Assembly (NCBI RefSeq): GCF_006345805.1
Contig: NC_043000.1
Span: 127,782,001 to 127,846,000, forward strand
Source of the DNA: Octopus sinensis
Lineage: Eukaryota
DNA length: 64,000 nucleotides
Direction: 5' to 3'
Shown here one piece after another: positions 50,080-62,959 of this stretch. Under the pieces are notes generated by a model that was given only the letters and a program-made list of their open reading frames with translations, did no database searches and was not told the DNA's origin. Position 1 is the first letter of the stretch, and the number at the start of each line of letters is the position of its first letter. The position numbers were made by a program, and so were the translations under genes.

Positions 50080-51650
50080 GTCACTTCCATGCAGTTGAAC
50101 AGTTTGCAAGCATTTGTTACCATACCCTTAATCCATAAGTATGACTGACAACTTAACATCTCCCAAGCCAAACTTTAGGCCTTTCATTGCCTCCAACTCT
50201 GAGAACCTCAGCATTAAATCAGCTGACGAGGGCAGAGCTGTAGTTGTGCAAACCTCTACAAGACTACCACTTTCAACTCTTGTCTTCTACCCTCCAACAC
50301 ATGCCTCACAACCAACATATCATTTCCTCCACTAGCAACAAACTCACTTCCTCATCCCTCCTGCTCCCTATTACCTCCAACCTCTTCGTCTGAACCCCAT
50401 GCACACCTATCATTTGCTTCCTTCCCAAGATCCATAAACCCAACAATCCTGGCTATACCATTATCTCTCTGTCTGCAAGTGCCCTACAGAATTAATATCT
50501 ACATATCTTGACCTCATCTTTGTTCCCCTGGTGGCTACACTCCCTTCCACATTCATAATACCTATCACACACTTTATCTCTTCAAATTCTTCTCTTTCCC
50601 TCCAGGACCTTCCCATCTCCTGTTCATCCTTGATATCAAACCCTTTTACACTGTCATTCTTCATAATGAAGGCCTCCTCACCCTCAAACATTTTCTAGAC
50701 CAAAACACCCATCCCTAGCTTAGCGCTTCTACTCTCATCTATTAGGCTGAACTTATTCTTAACCTAAATTGCTTTCCATTCAGAGGAGAGTTCTACCAAC
50801 AAGTCTTGGGAATGGCAATGGGAATGAGATGGACCCCAACTACATGAACCTGTTCATCAGCTATATTCTCAGTTCCCTGTTCTCATTCCTGAACTATATG
50901 GTTGGTATATCAATGATTGTTAACCATGCATCAGCCATCTCTTCCTGAGCCTGTCCCACTTTTACCTGCCTCACCTACCATTTTTACCCCTCACCTACCA
51001 TTTCTCCATACTATCACTCCAATGCAATATATAACAAGCTTTCTGCACCTTGAATCCTGCCCTGTCACCTTCTATATTTTTCCCAACTCACCCCTCCCTT
51101 TTTTTCAAATACACCCATAACCAAATACAAGTTACTGGTTTGTATCTTTCCTCACTCCTGGCAGTCAACCTGGCTTCTCCCTTTGCTCTCGCTCACACTG
51201 CCATGCATATCCCTTCCTCTCAAACACTCCTGATCTCACTGATACCCATTACCACTTCTTCCATGTTACTGACTCCACACACCTTCAATCTAATTTACTG
51301 CATCCTCTGCTCTTTTTGCCTCTCTATTTACATAGGACAAACTAGTTGATGCCAAGCCGATCATTTTGCCAACAAATTATGGGACATAAGAACAACACTC
51401 TAGCTTCATGCCACTTCCACTCAGCTAGTCATACCTTTGAACATTTGTTCAGATTGCTCTTGCAGAAGTCTTCCTGAACTCCCATCGCCATCTGGAACAG
51501 GAAATTTTACCCCTTCAGATTTTAGTCTTCAACAATCTTAAATCCCAACCCCCTTCTCATTTAACCTCACTTTTTTCAGCTTAACACACATTATCCACCT
51601 CAGTCCCTATATTTAAACCCACCCACCCCCTACATACCCACATAACACCT
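50080..51650 (+). mobile_element. Decayed Penelope-like element (RT plus GIY-YIG)
   Basis: IKSADEGRAVVV, FLPKIHKPNNPG, LDIKPFYT, FYQQVLGMAMG, WYINDC (YIDD) and NLIYCILC..C..IYIGQT occur in order, with an internal deletion and many lesions. Confidence 0.88.
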
Positions 51651-53207
51651 ATCAACAAAAATTCCAACACTATATGCACCAGCATGTTTAAAGAATGTAC
51701 ACATATATATTGCTGCCACACATATACACATTGTCTACTTCATGTCCTAGTGGCACATACACACACAATGGGTTGCTAGACTGTTTTCTTCTATCAATTT
51801 CATTTTTAAGGACTAGGCTAACTTAAGGCTACAACAAAAGACACTTGCTCAATATGCCATGCATCGAGATAGAACTCAAAACCCTGTGGTAACAAAGCAA
51901 ACACTGTATCCACATGGCCATATCTGTTGTATCAAAAGATTTGTTATAATGAGATTGACAAAAAACAAATCATAAATACACTCTTATTCACGCTATTTAC
52001 AAGAACACAGTAAATGGAATATTTAATGTTTTGAAACATTTTGGTAAATTCAGATTCTTCATGTTATTTTTAACTGTTATACTGCAATAATATATATTAA
52101 ACTGTTTTATCAAACTATATTAGATTTTATAAACCTTGATTGATAATATTCACTTATTTAGACTTGTATTGGTAGGGGGCCCTAGCATCATGACAGCAAA
52201 GGAGAATGGGCTGCACCTGCCTACCTGAAAAAGGAAAGTGCAAACCTTCATCCTGGGTTTGAGAAGGGAGGACACCCAAAAACCGGGCAAGATGGTGTGA
52301 GGTAGATCCAGCCACCCCCATTAACAGAGACAAAACCCAGATTTAAAACACTGAATGATGATGATGATGTCTGAGTTGAAATTTGAAAACAACGAAGGGA
52401 TAGTCACAGTTAGAACACTTGTTACTGAATTAAAGAAAAAAGAGACAATCACTGAATTTATACAAGACTGAGGTCAAAGGTCACAGATGGAGAATTTGAA
52501 AGATAATCAGTTGGAATGGTTTTGTTTAAAAGAATCTGATTCCAAGAAAAAGGCTTGATAGCCATGGTTAGAACACTTTTGTTCTTACTAATGTTTACAA
52601 ATTAATAAATAAATATATTCTTATTGTCGTGACCTTTGAAATTTTCAGCATGTGTGAAGCAGACGTTTTTTTTTTTTCTTTCCATTGTATCCTCTACAAT
52701 GGTAAAGGATACAAAAAAAATGACAATACAAGAGACAAATTTGTTCAGTGCATCTGTCTGATACATTAGCATATTAATACAGCATCCCACTCACTGTTCA
52801 GGCAATTGACTGTCTCCCCATTGCATTGTCCATAGTTCAATCAATATTATATACATATTTTGATTTACAGGACTGATGTCTCAAAAATGGTTTTTAAAAT
52901 AATTTAAATTGAAGCAAGAAATCTTAGCTAAGTGTTCAGTTTTGCTCTATAGTAACAAATTTTGCTACAAGACTTATTTCCATAAGATTATGGCCATTTA
53001 TTAAAACAAATATATTAATTGAAAAATTCATTATATTGCTAATCTGTTATGACAGGATTCCACCAACTATAATATTTGTTGTTTTCTTAGATTGCTAAAG
53101 TGATTCAGCCATGATGTGATTGTTTTAATCTCAATACATGACCTCAGACTCATGTGCAGAACAGATATACAACTCTGGAATATATTCACTACCATCATCA
53201 TGTTTTC

Positions 53208-53530
53208 TATACTCTTTTACTTGTTTCAGTCATTTGACAGCGGCCATGCTGGAGCACTGCCTTTAATCGAGCAACTCGACCCCGGGACTTATTCTTTTGT
53301 AAGCCCAGTACTTATTCTATCGGTCTCTTTTGCCAAACCGCTAAGTAACGATGACATAAACACACCAGCATCGGTTGTCAAGCAATGCTAGGGGGACAAA
53401 CACAGACACACATATATATATATACATATATATATGGCGGGCTTCTTTCAGTTTCTGTCTACCAAATCCACTCACAAGGCTTTGGTCAGCCCGAGGCTAC
53501 AGTAGAAGACACTTGCCCAAGGTGCCACGC
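53208..53530 (-). mobile_element. SINE family B, 5'-truncated
   Basis: Homologous to family B. Confidence 0.88.
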
Positions 53531-53707
53531 TATGTCTGCCTTTTCTGAGCAAAAGGCCTGGTTGGAGGGCCAACCTTCTGAGTTCTTTTACAGCCCTTAG
53601 AAAAACTGAAGGGCTGCTGTAACAAGTACATGAATCTGAAAGGGGAATTAACTGATCCTCCTGTATTTTTTTTTTTACCTTTAGAAACTTTTCAGCACCT
53701 CTTCGTA
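53530..53707 (+). mobile_element. Mariner 3' remnant
   Basis: WLEGQPSEFF...LEKL...NK..NLKGE-like C-terminus and TIR-like aaacttttcagcacc..tcgta. Confidence 0.5.
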
Positions 53708-54925
53708 CAAGGTGTTTGGCTAAAGTTGATTTTTTTTTATGTCTCTTTTTTTCTGTTTTAGGAACATCTTGATGTATTGGTGAACAGTCAACAGTGTAGG
53801 AGAGCACAAAGATTACAGTTGTAGTTGAGAAAAAGTTAGCTGACATGGAGGACCGGAAGGTATGCTCTTTTACTTGTTTCAGTCAGCTGACTGTGGCCAT
53901 GCTGGAGCACCTTTAGTTGAGCTCATCGACCCCAGGACTTATTCTTTGTAAGCCTTGTACTTATTGTATCGGTCTCCTTTGCCGAACTGCTAAGTAACAG
54001 GGACGTAAACACACCATCGGTTGTCAAGCAATGTTGGGGGACAAACACATAAACACACACACATACATATATATATATATACGACAGGCTTCTTTCAGTT
54101 TCCGTCTACCAAATCCACTCACAAGGCTTAGGTCGGCTCGAGGCTATAGTAGAAGACACTTGCCCAAGGTGCCACGCAGTGGGAATGAACCCAGGACCAT
54201 GTGGTTGGTAAGCAAGCTACTTACCACACAGCAACTTTTTGGAAAAGTTACCTGTATCAGGATGTTTCACACCAAGAATCAAAATGCTGACATCAGTACT
54301 GCTGTTCAATGCTCTATGAACACTGTAAGATGTGACATGGATTAGCTGCAACAGAGACTATGAAGCCACAATCAACAGGAAGGGATACAGCAGGTGTTCT
54401 GACTGTGTCTGCCTACCAGAATCCATCCAACAGCTAATGAAGAGACTTTAGGCTCAATTCAGACACCTATGTGAAGCTGTTTGAGACAGTGGTAAAACCC
54501 TGGATGGAGAGGGTTGCAGTTGTAAGACCATATGTGCGCTAACTGGAATCAGTCCCTTGCCATACTTCCAGAAAGTCAGAAACGATTGTCAGATTATTTC
54601 TGACTTCACCAGCCCCAATTTCTGGCCCCTAATTTCTCTGATTGTAATCCCATGGATTACAAAGTATGGGGTGTGGTTGAGAAAGACACCGACCACTCTG
54701 CCTGCAGCACCAAGGCCAAGCTTGTGGCCAAGATCAAGGAAGTCTTCAAAGATCTTCCTAGAGACACAGTGAGGAATACACAAGCCAGGTTCTGGAAGCC
54801 AAGAGTCACTACTGTTATCTCGGTCATAATCTATTTGATATTTTTTGATTTCCTAAAAATACTTTTTATTTTTGGATGGGATATTTTTTTTAGGCAAACC
54901 GTCAAATTTAACCTAAATACCTGTT
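53706..54925 (+). mobile_element. Decayed maT/DD37D-type Tc1-mariner element interrupted by SINE B (53863-54232, minus)
   Basis: VVKPWMERVA..RPYV...PCHTS...FWP.NS.DCNPMDY.VWG motifs; imperfect TIRs acaaggtgtttggctaaagttga and tcaaatttaacctaaatacctgt. Confidence 0.75.
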
Positions 54926-54985
54926 CTTTTATTCATGTTGAGTGAGTTTTTTATCTGACTTATGGACAACTGAGAATTTTATATA

Positions 54986-55300
54986 CATCATCATCGTTTA
55001 ACATCCGCTTTCCATGCTGGCATGTGTTGGACGGTTTGACTGGGGACTGGTGAGCCAGATGGCTGTACCATGCTCCAGTCTGATCTGGCAGAGTTTCTAC
55101 AGCTGGATGCCCTTCCTAACGCCAACCACTCCGAGAGTGTAGTGGGTATTTTTACATGCCACCGACACAAGGGCCAGTCAGGCGGTACTGGCAATGGCCA
55201 CACTCAAATGGTGTTTTTACATGTCACCTGTACAGGAGCCAGTCCAGTGGCACTGGCAACACCCTCGCTCGAATGTTGTTTTTCACATACCACCGGCACA
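54986..55300 (-). mobile_element. RTE-related (gat)n-tailed element
   Basis: Reverse-complement match to 48519-48951. Confidence 0.85.
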
Positions 55301-55814
55301 AAATGTATGTATGTATGTATGTATATGTGTGTGTGTGTGTGTAATACACATATCCAATGATTTCAGGTTTTGCTCAAGACCTGATGTTTCCTGAAACCAT
55401 GCAACTTAGTCATGTAAACCAAGATTTTCACTGAAACTTGCCATAATTTTTCCTGTTTGATAGGGAAACAAAATCAGGAAACAATGAAAGAAAGAAAGAG
55501 ATAAAAGATCAGAGAGATATAAATTAAAGTTTTAAAATGACAAATGGAAAAGGAAATTCAAATATTTTAATAAGTTTATTTGGAGAAATGGGGTAACAGC
55601 CTATGATGACCAATAATCGAAGGTGGCTGGCCCTGAAGTGAGACCGGCTTAAAATGAAAGCAGGTATATATATATGTTTTAAAAGGATTTTGTTTCTTTC
55701 TTCAAGTGATGATTTACAAAGTATTCAGAGAGCTCGGACTGAACCTGACGCTGATAGAGTATCAAAAATAACCAATCTTGAGAAATATGGTTTTTCCTAA
55801 CAGCCCCAGTAATT

Positions 55815-55841
55815 TCATATTTCGTTTCCCAAAGCTGTCAG
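55815..55841 (-). CDS. SCFD1: SCFD1/Sly1 terminal coding exon, LTALGNEI-stop
   Basis: Long polypyrimidine tract ending tttttcag. The frame continues from ...IKQ and resembles vertebrate LSQLGQK-stop. A minus-strand AATAAA at 55575-55580 is a possible poly(A) signal. Confidence 0.85.
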   Translation of the reverse strand: MTALGNEI

Positions 55842-56044
55842 CTGAAAAACAGAAGAGGAAAAAAAAACATTTTCATGATCATAATTTTTAATGAAAATTT
55901 CAGTTTGTTTCAGTAATTTCTAAAATAATCGAGAATTTTATTTGATAAAATTATAAACCCTGTTTTCATTTATAGATGGATTTAGTCAAACATAACAAAA
56001 GATAGATTTCTATAAACAATTATGATACAAGGTATGAATTTTAC

Positions 56045-56248
56045 TCTAGGCACAAGGCCTGAAATTTTTGGTGGGATAGGGCTAATCAACTACATTGACC
56101 CTGGTGCTCAACTGGTACTTATTTTATCAACCCTAAAAGGAATGAAAGGTATAGTTGACCTTGCAAAATTTGAACTCAGAACAAGAGTTGAGGAAATTCC
56201 ACTAAGCATTTTGTCCAGCATGCTAACACTTTTGCCAGTTCACTACCT
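56045..56248 (-). mobile_element. SINE family A, CpG-decayed, in an SCFD1 intron
   Basis: Homologous to family A. Confidence 0.78.
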
Positions 56249-57890
56249 TATATTAATTTAAATATTAGCAATTTAACATGAAGTTTTGCATCATAAAATG
56301 AAGAGTAGTTCATAGTGATTTCATATTAACACTTGATTACAAATCAGCCAGAGACCATTCCTAGCTCTAAGATAAAAATTTTCTGATGCAAAGTGATTTA
56401 AATTAAAATCTTCCATCAAAATTTTGTGTTTATATTTCCAACATGAACTTAATGACATTTATTTAAATTCTAATTTAGAAAATTAATTGAAACAGAGGTA
56501 ACATAATTAACATCACTTGTTTAATGATGATGCTCATTATCATCACATAATGTCAAGACAAATATATGATGGTCCTTTTTTTTTCAGTTTCTATCTACCA
56601 AATTCACTCACAAGGCTTTGAATGGTCCAGAGTTATAGTAGACACTTGCCCAAGGTGCCACGCGGTGAGACTGAACCCAAAACCATGTGGTTGAGAACTT
56701 ATTTCACAAGGAGTGACCTAATATGAATACTAAACTACCAATCTTCAGGAATACCACTTTTATAAAACTTAAAACTATAAATAAAAAGTAAATGCTAAGG
56801 TCTCAATTTTTTTTTCTTACAACTAAGTTTACATCTAACATGTCTAATGTATTTTTAATTGTATTGGATACAAATTATTTTCTTGATTCCTTTTTTTTTT
56901 AAACATATTTCAACCACCAACATCATAAACAGCCAAAACAGAATATAATTTAATTTTCAATTTTATGAAACTCAATTTTCTTTTTTATTTTCAGATTTTG
57001 AGTTTTGATTTTTTTTCATAACAAATGCATTTACATCTGTTAATATTGCGGAGGCTGGAGAGAAAGATGTGTATAAAGTGAGTTACTGTTTTCTTTCACA
57101 CCAAACACTCAACCATATGGTAGGTGTAGCACCTAGTTTTCTGTCTGGCTCTATGTAAATAGAAACATGTCTACTAAGCCAATCCCTTAGAAATGCAACA
57201 CAGATTAACACCTAACAAGGAAACTGAGGCAGCTCAGCTTCAAGGTTGTTGAACTGGAGCAAGGGTGAGAAGCAAAGAAGGGAAAAATGATGGTTGGAAG
57301 GGGGATTTGAAATTATACTAGCTTCAGCTGAATGACAACCAATCCTTGTACATGGAGACAGCAAATGATAGAGCCTCTACCTGGTCATTCAACTTGTTAG
57401 AAATAGTAGTGAAGTCTCCTTTGAATCACATTTATGAAAAAAGGACACAGATAGTGTAGCCTAGAATCACTATGCTTGAAAGAAAGAAAAGTAGTTGGGG
57501 GTCTTAGTTGCAACATCTTTGACTGTATGTCTGTCTGATCACAGTTGATCTCAGGCTAAAAAAAACAACATGAATGTATGCCTGAAGATTGCAGTAGCAT
57601 GAAACTTGAGTTGAGTGTGGATGTGTGAATGCAAGTGTGTCTCCTTGTGTTGATATAACATCATAGTTATGAGTGTCCACTGCCACACAAGTGGTGCTGT
57701 TTGTTTCAAATCTTCCCTGAAAGCATGTCTGGTTATGGGAGAATGTTATATTATATGGAAACAAGTGAGGATTGGCAATAGGAAAGGCATCAAACTCTAG
57801 AAAAATTTGCTTCAACAAATTCCATCTGACCCATGCAAGCATAGAAAAGTGGACATGAAGGGGATGAAATAAGTATTGGCTATTACTTAC

Positions 57891-57968
57891 CTGTTTTATC
57901 ATCTGGGAAGCATTAACTATGTCACTGCAACCATACACTATTCGTTTAGGGATTGAACTGGATTTTGA
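57891..57968 (-). CDS. SCFD1: SCFD1/Sly1 coding exon, SKSSSIPKRIVYGCSDIVNASQMIKQ
   Basis: ttcttttgcag acceptor, cag|gtaagt donor, 78 nt, phase 0-0. Matches the Sly1 C-terminal IxYGCS...NA.Q.IKQ. Confidence 0.93.
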
Positions 57969-59189
57969 CTGCAAAAGAATGTTTAAAATTAAAAATTGAG
58001 TGAAACAGAAATGAATGAAGACAAACAAACAAAATATTTGATTGCATGTTTGAGAGAGCGGTAGTGAGAAGTAGACAAGATACTGTGTGTGAGACATGAG
58101 AGAGTAAGAATGACTATTTGTGTTTCATTGACTGCATGTGTATGTGAAAGAGGTAAAGGTGGTTATGTGAGTGTGAAGACTGATTGAATGTGTCTACTAT
58201 GTGAGTGATAGCATGTAACTTTCCACTTAAGTAATTAAAGAAGAAACTTAAGGAAAGTTATTTAGCAAATTGTAATAAATGGTGACATTGTATCATATTA
58301 ATAATTTCTTTTTGCTTGGCAAGTAGAGTTGAGTGTATTGTATGAAGCGAACACTTCCCTATGACTACAACAGAATAAAAAAAACCATGATCCAACAGAA
58401 AAGTGTGATATCCTATCCACTTGGTCATCATACTACACCAATATTAATGACACACACATTTCATCTGAGATATACAAAATGGTGAAGGCTAGAATGCCCT
58501 TGATCAGAGGTCTACTCAGTCAGGGCTGTCCTGGAGCTAAACAGCAACAATAGTAATGCACCTGTGTTATCATGGACAAATCTTTAGGTTTCCCACTTCA
58601 AACTGAAATAAACTATGAAACCCTTTGATTTGTTGTTTTAAAAATGACCCCCATCCAAAAGAATACACGTGGAGAGCTATAATTTGGAAAATCAACTTAA
58701 AACACAAATTTTGTTATACATTTTCACATTACATTTTTTCTTCATGCCCTCCATAACCATTTCCTTTAAATCACTCTTGGCTAGAGATCTTTTACTTCCA
58801 TCACTAATGAATCATAAACAATTAGATTCTTATGTAGTACCATAAAATGTAGGGTGACGAGCTGGCAGAATTATTAGCATGTTGGATAAAATGCTTAGTA
58901 GCATTTCTTCCAGCTCTTTATGTTCTAAGTTCAAATCCTGCCAAGCTTACCTTACATCCCTTTGGGATTGGTAACAAAAGGTACTTGTCAAGTACTATGG
59001 GAGGAGAACGATATAAGTGATTTGCCTCCTTCCCTTGAACCCTGACATCCATTCAGAGAGAATATTGTGATTTTTGTCATTTATACACAACAGGAACTGG
59101 GTAACCAGCCTTGTGAGTTCTAGGGCTCCAAGAAAAAGGGGAAAATGTAAGATACTCAGATTACACATAAGTTTAGACAGAGTTAATCT

Positions 59190-59407
59190 TTAACTGTTTT
59201 GTTACAGTATTCATTTTCAGATGTTCTGTGTTTCTTTCAATTAATTTTAAATATAACAAAGAATTGAGTAAAATAACAGTTATCATTAAGCTAGTGTTAG
59301 AAACATAAATTGTGACTAAGGTTTGGTGGAAGATTTTAATTCAGAACTTATGAAAACTAGACATTTGTACTACAGAGCCAGAACTGGTTTGGTATCGAAA
59401 GGGTTAA
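59190..59407. mobile_element. piggyBac-type MITE (inverse of 63457-63675)
   Basis: Ends gaaagggTTAA; the interior matches 63457-63675 in reverse. Confidence 0.82.
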
Positions 59408-60954
59408 TTTAGTTACATTCTATTTACTTAAGATAAAATTTATAACAAAGATGATGAATAAACATTAAAAAGGAAACTAAACAGACAAAAATGAAACTCA
59501 AATAACGAAACAGATTCTAGACGAAAGAAAAACATTTGAGTAATACTTAAATACAGAATAATAATTAGTTCTAGAGATAAATAAAAACTATATTATAATG
59601 TCAAGTCAGAGAAATATAACTAATTTCTTTATGTTTAAAAAAAGTGAACAATACACACTTGGCAGAGATAAAAACTGCAAAACAAACACACATTAGAAAA
59701 CAGTATAAATACAAACTACAGTTTAACTACTGTTAAAAACAAAAAGAAATAAAAATACACAAACAAAAATGAAGTCCACTGCTATAAGGATGAAACTAGA
59801 AGAAAGAATACAAGACTATGTATTCATAAAACTTAAATGTGATAAAGAGAAAAAGAAAATAATTAAATCTTTTTCAAAAGTTAATATAAACACCAGTTCT
59901 AGCTGCAGGCATGGCTGTGTGTTGGAGAAGTTGACTTCTCAACTACGTGACTTTAATAAAAGATACTACACTGTAGGACTGAAACCAAAGACCCAGACTG
60001 ACCAATACCATGTGAGGGGAATTTGGTAGATCAAAACTGAAAAAGCCTATTGTGTGTATATGTACCTTAAGTGTTTATTCTGGCAACTTGTCACTGCCAT
60101 TTCTGCCTTCTTTCCATCTATTCCTACTTTTATATAATGTAGAGTAGCCATGTATTTCCTTTAAGCAAGAGACCTGTGCTTGTCCCTCTATCATACTTTA
60201 GCCTTTCAATACCTGGTATTTAAGCCACCTCTCCATCTTTCAAATACATTACCCACCCACCCAACTCAGTTGAGGGGGATTTTTCCTTTCCTTTGTAAGT
60301 TACTTGGCAACATCATTAATGCCAATGATACAAAATCAAGCACCCAGTATACACTGTAAAGTGGTTGACACTAGGAAAGGCATCCAGCCATACAAACCAT
60401 ACAAAGGCTGATATTGGTGACCAATACAGTCCTGCGACTCATCAGTTCTGGTCAGACCATTCAACCCATGCCAGTAAGGAAAATAGACAATAAATAAGTA
60501 TATATATAGTCCACAGATGAGATCCAGATATTCTCTGTATAGAATACACTAAGTGATCAAAAGATTCAAACTTAGACTCTGATGTCTTTACAAAAGATAT
60601 TCCACAAGGTAAAGAAAGACATTAGAGGGATCAGGTTGAGCAGGTACAGAAGCAAATATGGGGATAAGCAAATTAGACACATCTCACCTGTGCTTGTGCC
60701 ACATAAAAAGCACTAAGTCTACTCTGCTGAGTGGTTGGTGTTAGGAAGGGCATCCAGCTGTAAAAACCCTGCCATAACAGACACAGAAGTCTAGTGCAGA
60801 CTATGACCTGGTTAGCTCTTGTGGTACCATCACAGCCATGCTAGCATGGAACATGGACATGAAATGATGATGATGACAGATATAAAAAGGATCGACTTGC
60901 ACAGAGTACAAATGACAGAGAAAATTAATGGGATAGAATAAAAGGTATTACAAG

Positions 60955-61075
60955 TCCAACAGCTGTTTCTGAAGGCTTGGTGATCCATAGTAATGTTCGT
61001 AGATTTAGCACATCAGAAAATGTGACCATATGGATGCATTTAACATAGGATGAAATGAACCTCCATCTTCAGGGA
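60955..61075 (-). ncRNA. Minimal hammerhead ribozyme with long stem II insert, sense to SCFD1
   Basis: Minus strand: tcc-CTGAAGA-tggagg...(84 nt)...ccttca-GAAAC-agct-GTT-gga; palindromic aacagctgtt. Confidence 0.62.
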
Positions 61076-61521
61076 AGAGATCTTACATTTCAGATCTTGA
61101 TGTAGAGAAGTTCAAAGATGGAATGATTAAATGTGGAGATTGTTTATCCCCATGTTCATATAAGTATGTGTGTCCCCATGGTATGTATAGCTATGTGAAT
61201 CTTTACAAAACTACACTGAGCTATGGCAACAGGCAGTGGCATCAACATTTGTGGCTGGACTGCAACCAGTGATGTTTGATAACATTTCCTGTCCAGGGTA
61301 AAAAATCCTTCACTTGAAAAACAAGCTAGGTATTAGTGACAGGAATTGAATTCAACCATACAAATCATGCTTCAATTTTTTTGCTGTCTAATGTCTGTTT
61401 ATCCATGTTCAAAACATGCTACCATGAAAAAAAAAGCTGTCATTAACTGGAACAAAATAAAACAAAGTTTGAACAGTTGTTTTTTTGTTTTCTTTCTAAG
61501 TAACAATAGATATCCACTTAC

Positions 61522-61587
61522 TTTGACATAGTCCTGCAGATTTTGGTACTCTATGTAATTTCCTCCACCAACAATGAAAACATAGGC
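61522..61587 (-). CDS. SCFD1: SCFD1/Sly1 coding exon, AYVFIVGGGNYIEYQNLQDYVK
   Basis: ttgttctcag acceptor, aaa|gtaagt donor, 66 nt, phase 0-0. Contains the diagnostic Sly1 motif VFxVGGGNYIEYQNL. Confidence 0.96.
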
Positions 61588-61738
61588 CTGAGAACAAGAA
61601 CAAAGATATTATTGAAAACAGAATATAAAAAGTGTGGAAAAATGACAGACAACTTGATAATTTCAATGACTGAATTTATATATATATATATATATATAGA
61701 TAGATATAATATAAAAGAGAGAGAGAGATGTATCTTAC

Positions 61739-61775
61739 CTCTTGGAATGGAGATTTATTTCTGGCAACAGCAGAA
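61739..61775 (-). CDS. SCFD1: SCFD1/Sly1 (Sec1/Munc18 family) internal coding exon, xSAVARNKSPFQE
   Basis: On the minus strand: ttaatattgcag acceptor, gag|gtaaga donor, 37 nt. The peptide resembles vertebrate SCFD1 SVPRNKNPFQE and joins the next exon in frame. Confidence 0.9.
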
Positions 61776-62389
61776 CTGCAATATTAAGAAAAACAATATT
61801 TCAATACCTATAGTAAACAACATAAAGATAAAACTTTTCAGTTATATATTTCAACTATTATGTATAACCCCAGATCAGTCTCCAACAAGTAATTTTTTTT
61901 TTATATCAAAGCTGTTTCAAACGTGACCATCCCATCTTTTTTATAGCATATTTGAGACTATATTATTAAATAATTTTTTTGTGATAGTAGAGAGAGATTT
62001 AACTTATTTTTAATACATCGATCTGCATGTTATTTACTTCCGAGTCAGCCCAATCAAATACACAGACCTGTAATATAAAGACATTCAAGCCTTAGCCATC
62101 CTGACCTTTAGGAATAGTGTACCTTAGACTATATTATCGAATATGCTTGTTTTGAAGATAATAGATATGTGGTTTGAAGGATATTTTCATGCTATTTTCA
62201 TGCTCTTTCTAGCTGGTTAAGTGATCAACAGGGGCAACTTCTTTGGCTCATCACTATGGTGTGTTGCAAGGCAAAGTCAACCTCATAAAGGTTGTTTTGG
62301 TGAAGCATTGTGTGATACCATGTGTGTGTGTTTATTAAAATGTAGTTTTAGTGAAGCATTGTGTGATATCGTGTATGAGTGTACACAAC

Positions 62390-62853
62390 AGATTTCTCTT
62401 TCAATTCCCCTTGCTACCACATCCACTCCCAAAACGTTTGTCGGACCATGGCTATTATAGAAGATACCTGCCCAAGGTGTCATGCAGGAGGACTGAACAC
62501 AGAACCATGTGACTGGGAAGCACACTTCTCAACCACACAGCCACACCTGCACCAAGCACCTTTCAAGCATGGGTTATTGCCAGTGCCACTTGACTGGCTC
62601 CCATGTCGGTGGCACATAAAAAGCACCATTCAAGTGTGGTCAATGCCAGTAATGCCTGAATGGCCCTCATGCTGGTGGCACATAAAAAGCACCTGCTACA
62701 CTCTGAGAGTGGTTGGCATTAGGAAGGGCATCCAGCTAAGAAACCTTGCCAGATCAGATTGGAGTCTGGCGCAGCCTCCTGGCTTGCCAGTCTTCAGTCA
62801 AATTGTCCAACCCATGCCAGTATGGAAAGCGGATGTTAAACAATGATGATGAT
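62390..62853. mobile_element. SINE B head (minus) followed by an RTE-related (gat)n element (plus)
   Basis: Homologous to both families. Confidence 0.8.
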
Positions 62854-62959
62854 TCTTATGACAATTTCATGCTATATCTTCTTTTACCAGTTTTTCACTT
62901 ATTTTAATTATATTTGGAGATAAAAGCCTTTTATCACAGTTTCACAGTACCAATCATAG

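Noticed and set aside
52648-52901. Two plus-strand exon-like blocks splicing to ..CILYNGLMSQKWFLK-stop
   Set aside because: No recognisable homology, and the frame depends on a 12-T run.
53762-53859. Plus-strand exon-like block with good splice signals
   Set aside because: Stops occur in all frames before a late ATG, and it lies inside the 5' end of the maT/DD37D transposon.
55576-55835. Alternative two-exon minus-strand reading LWETKYE.../PVSLQG...
   Set aside because: No Sly1 similarity, whereas the first acceptor gives the conserved end. Treated as 3'UTR.
56995-57077. Plus-strand exon-like block (tttcag...gtgagt)
   Set aside because: Stops in all three frames from that acceptor, and it is antisense to SCFD1. 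The minus-strand reading fits better.
57504-58097. 197-aa ORF
   Set aside because: Only 57891-57968 is a real SCFD1 exon; the rest is intron and repeat.
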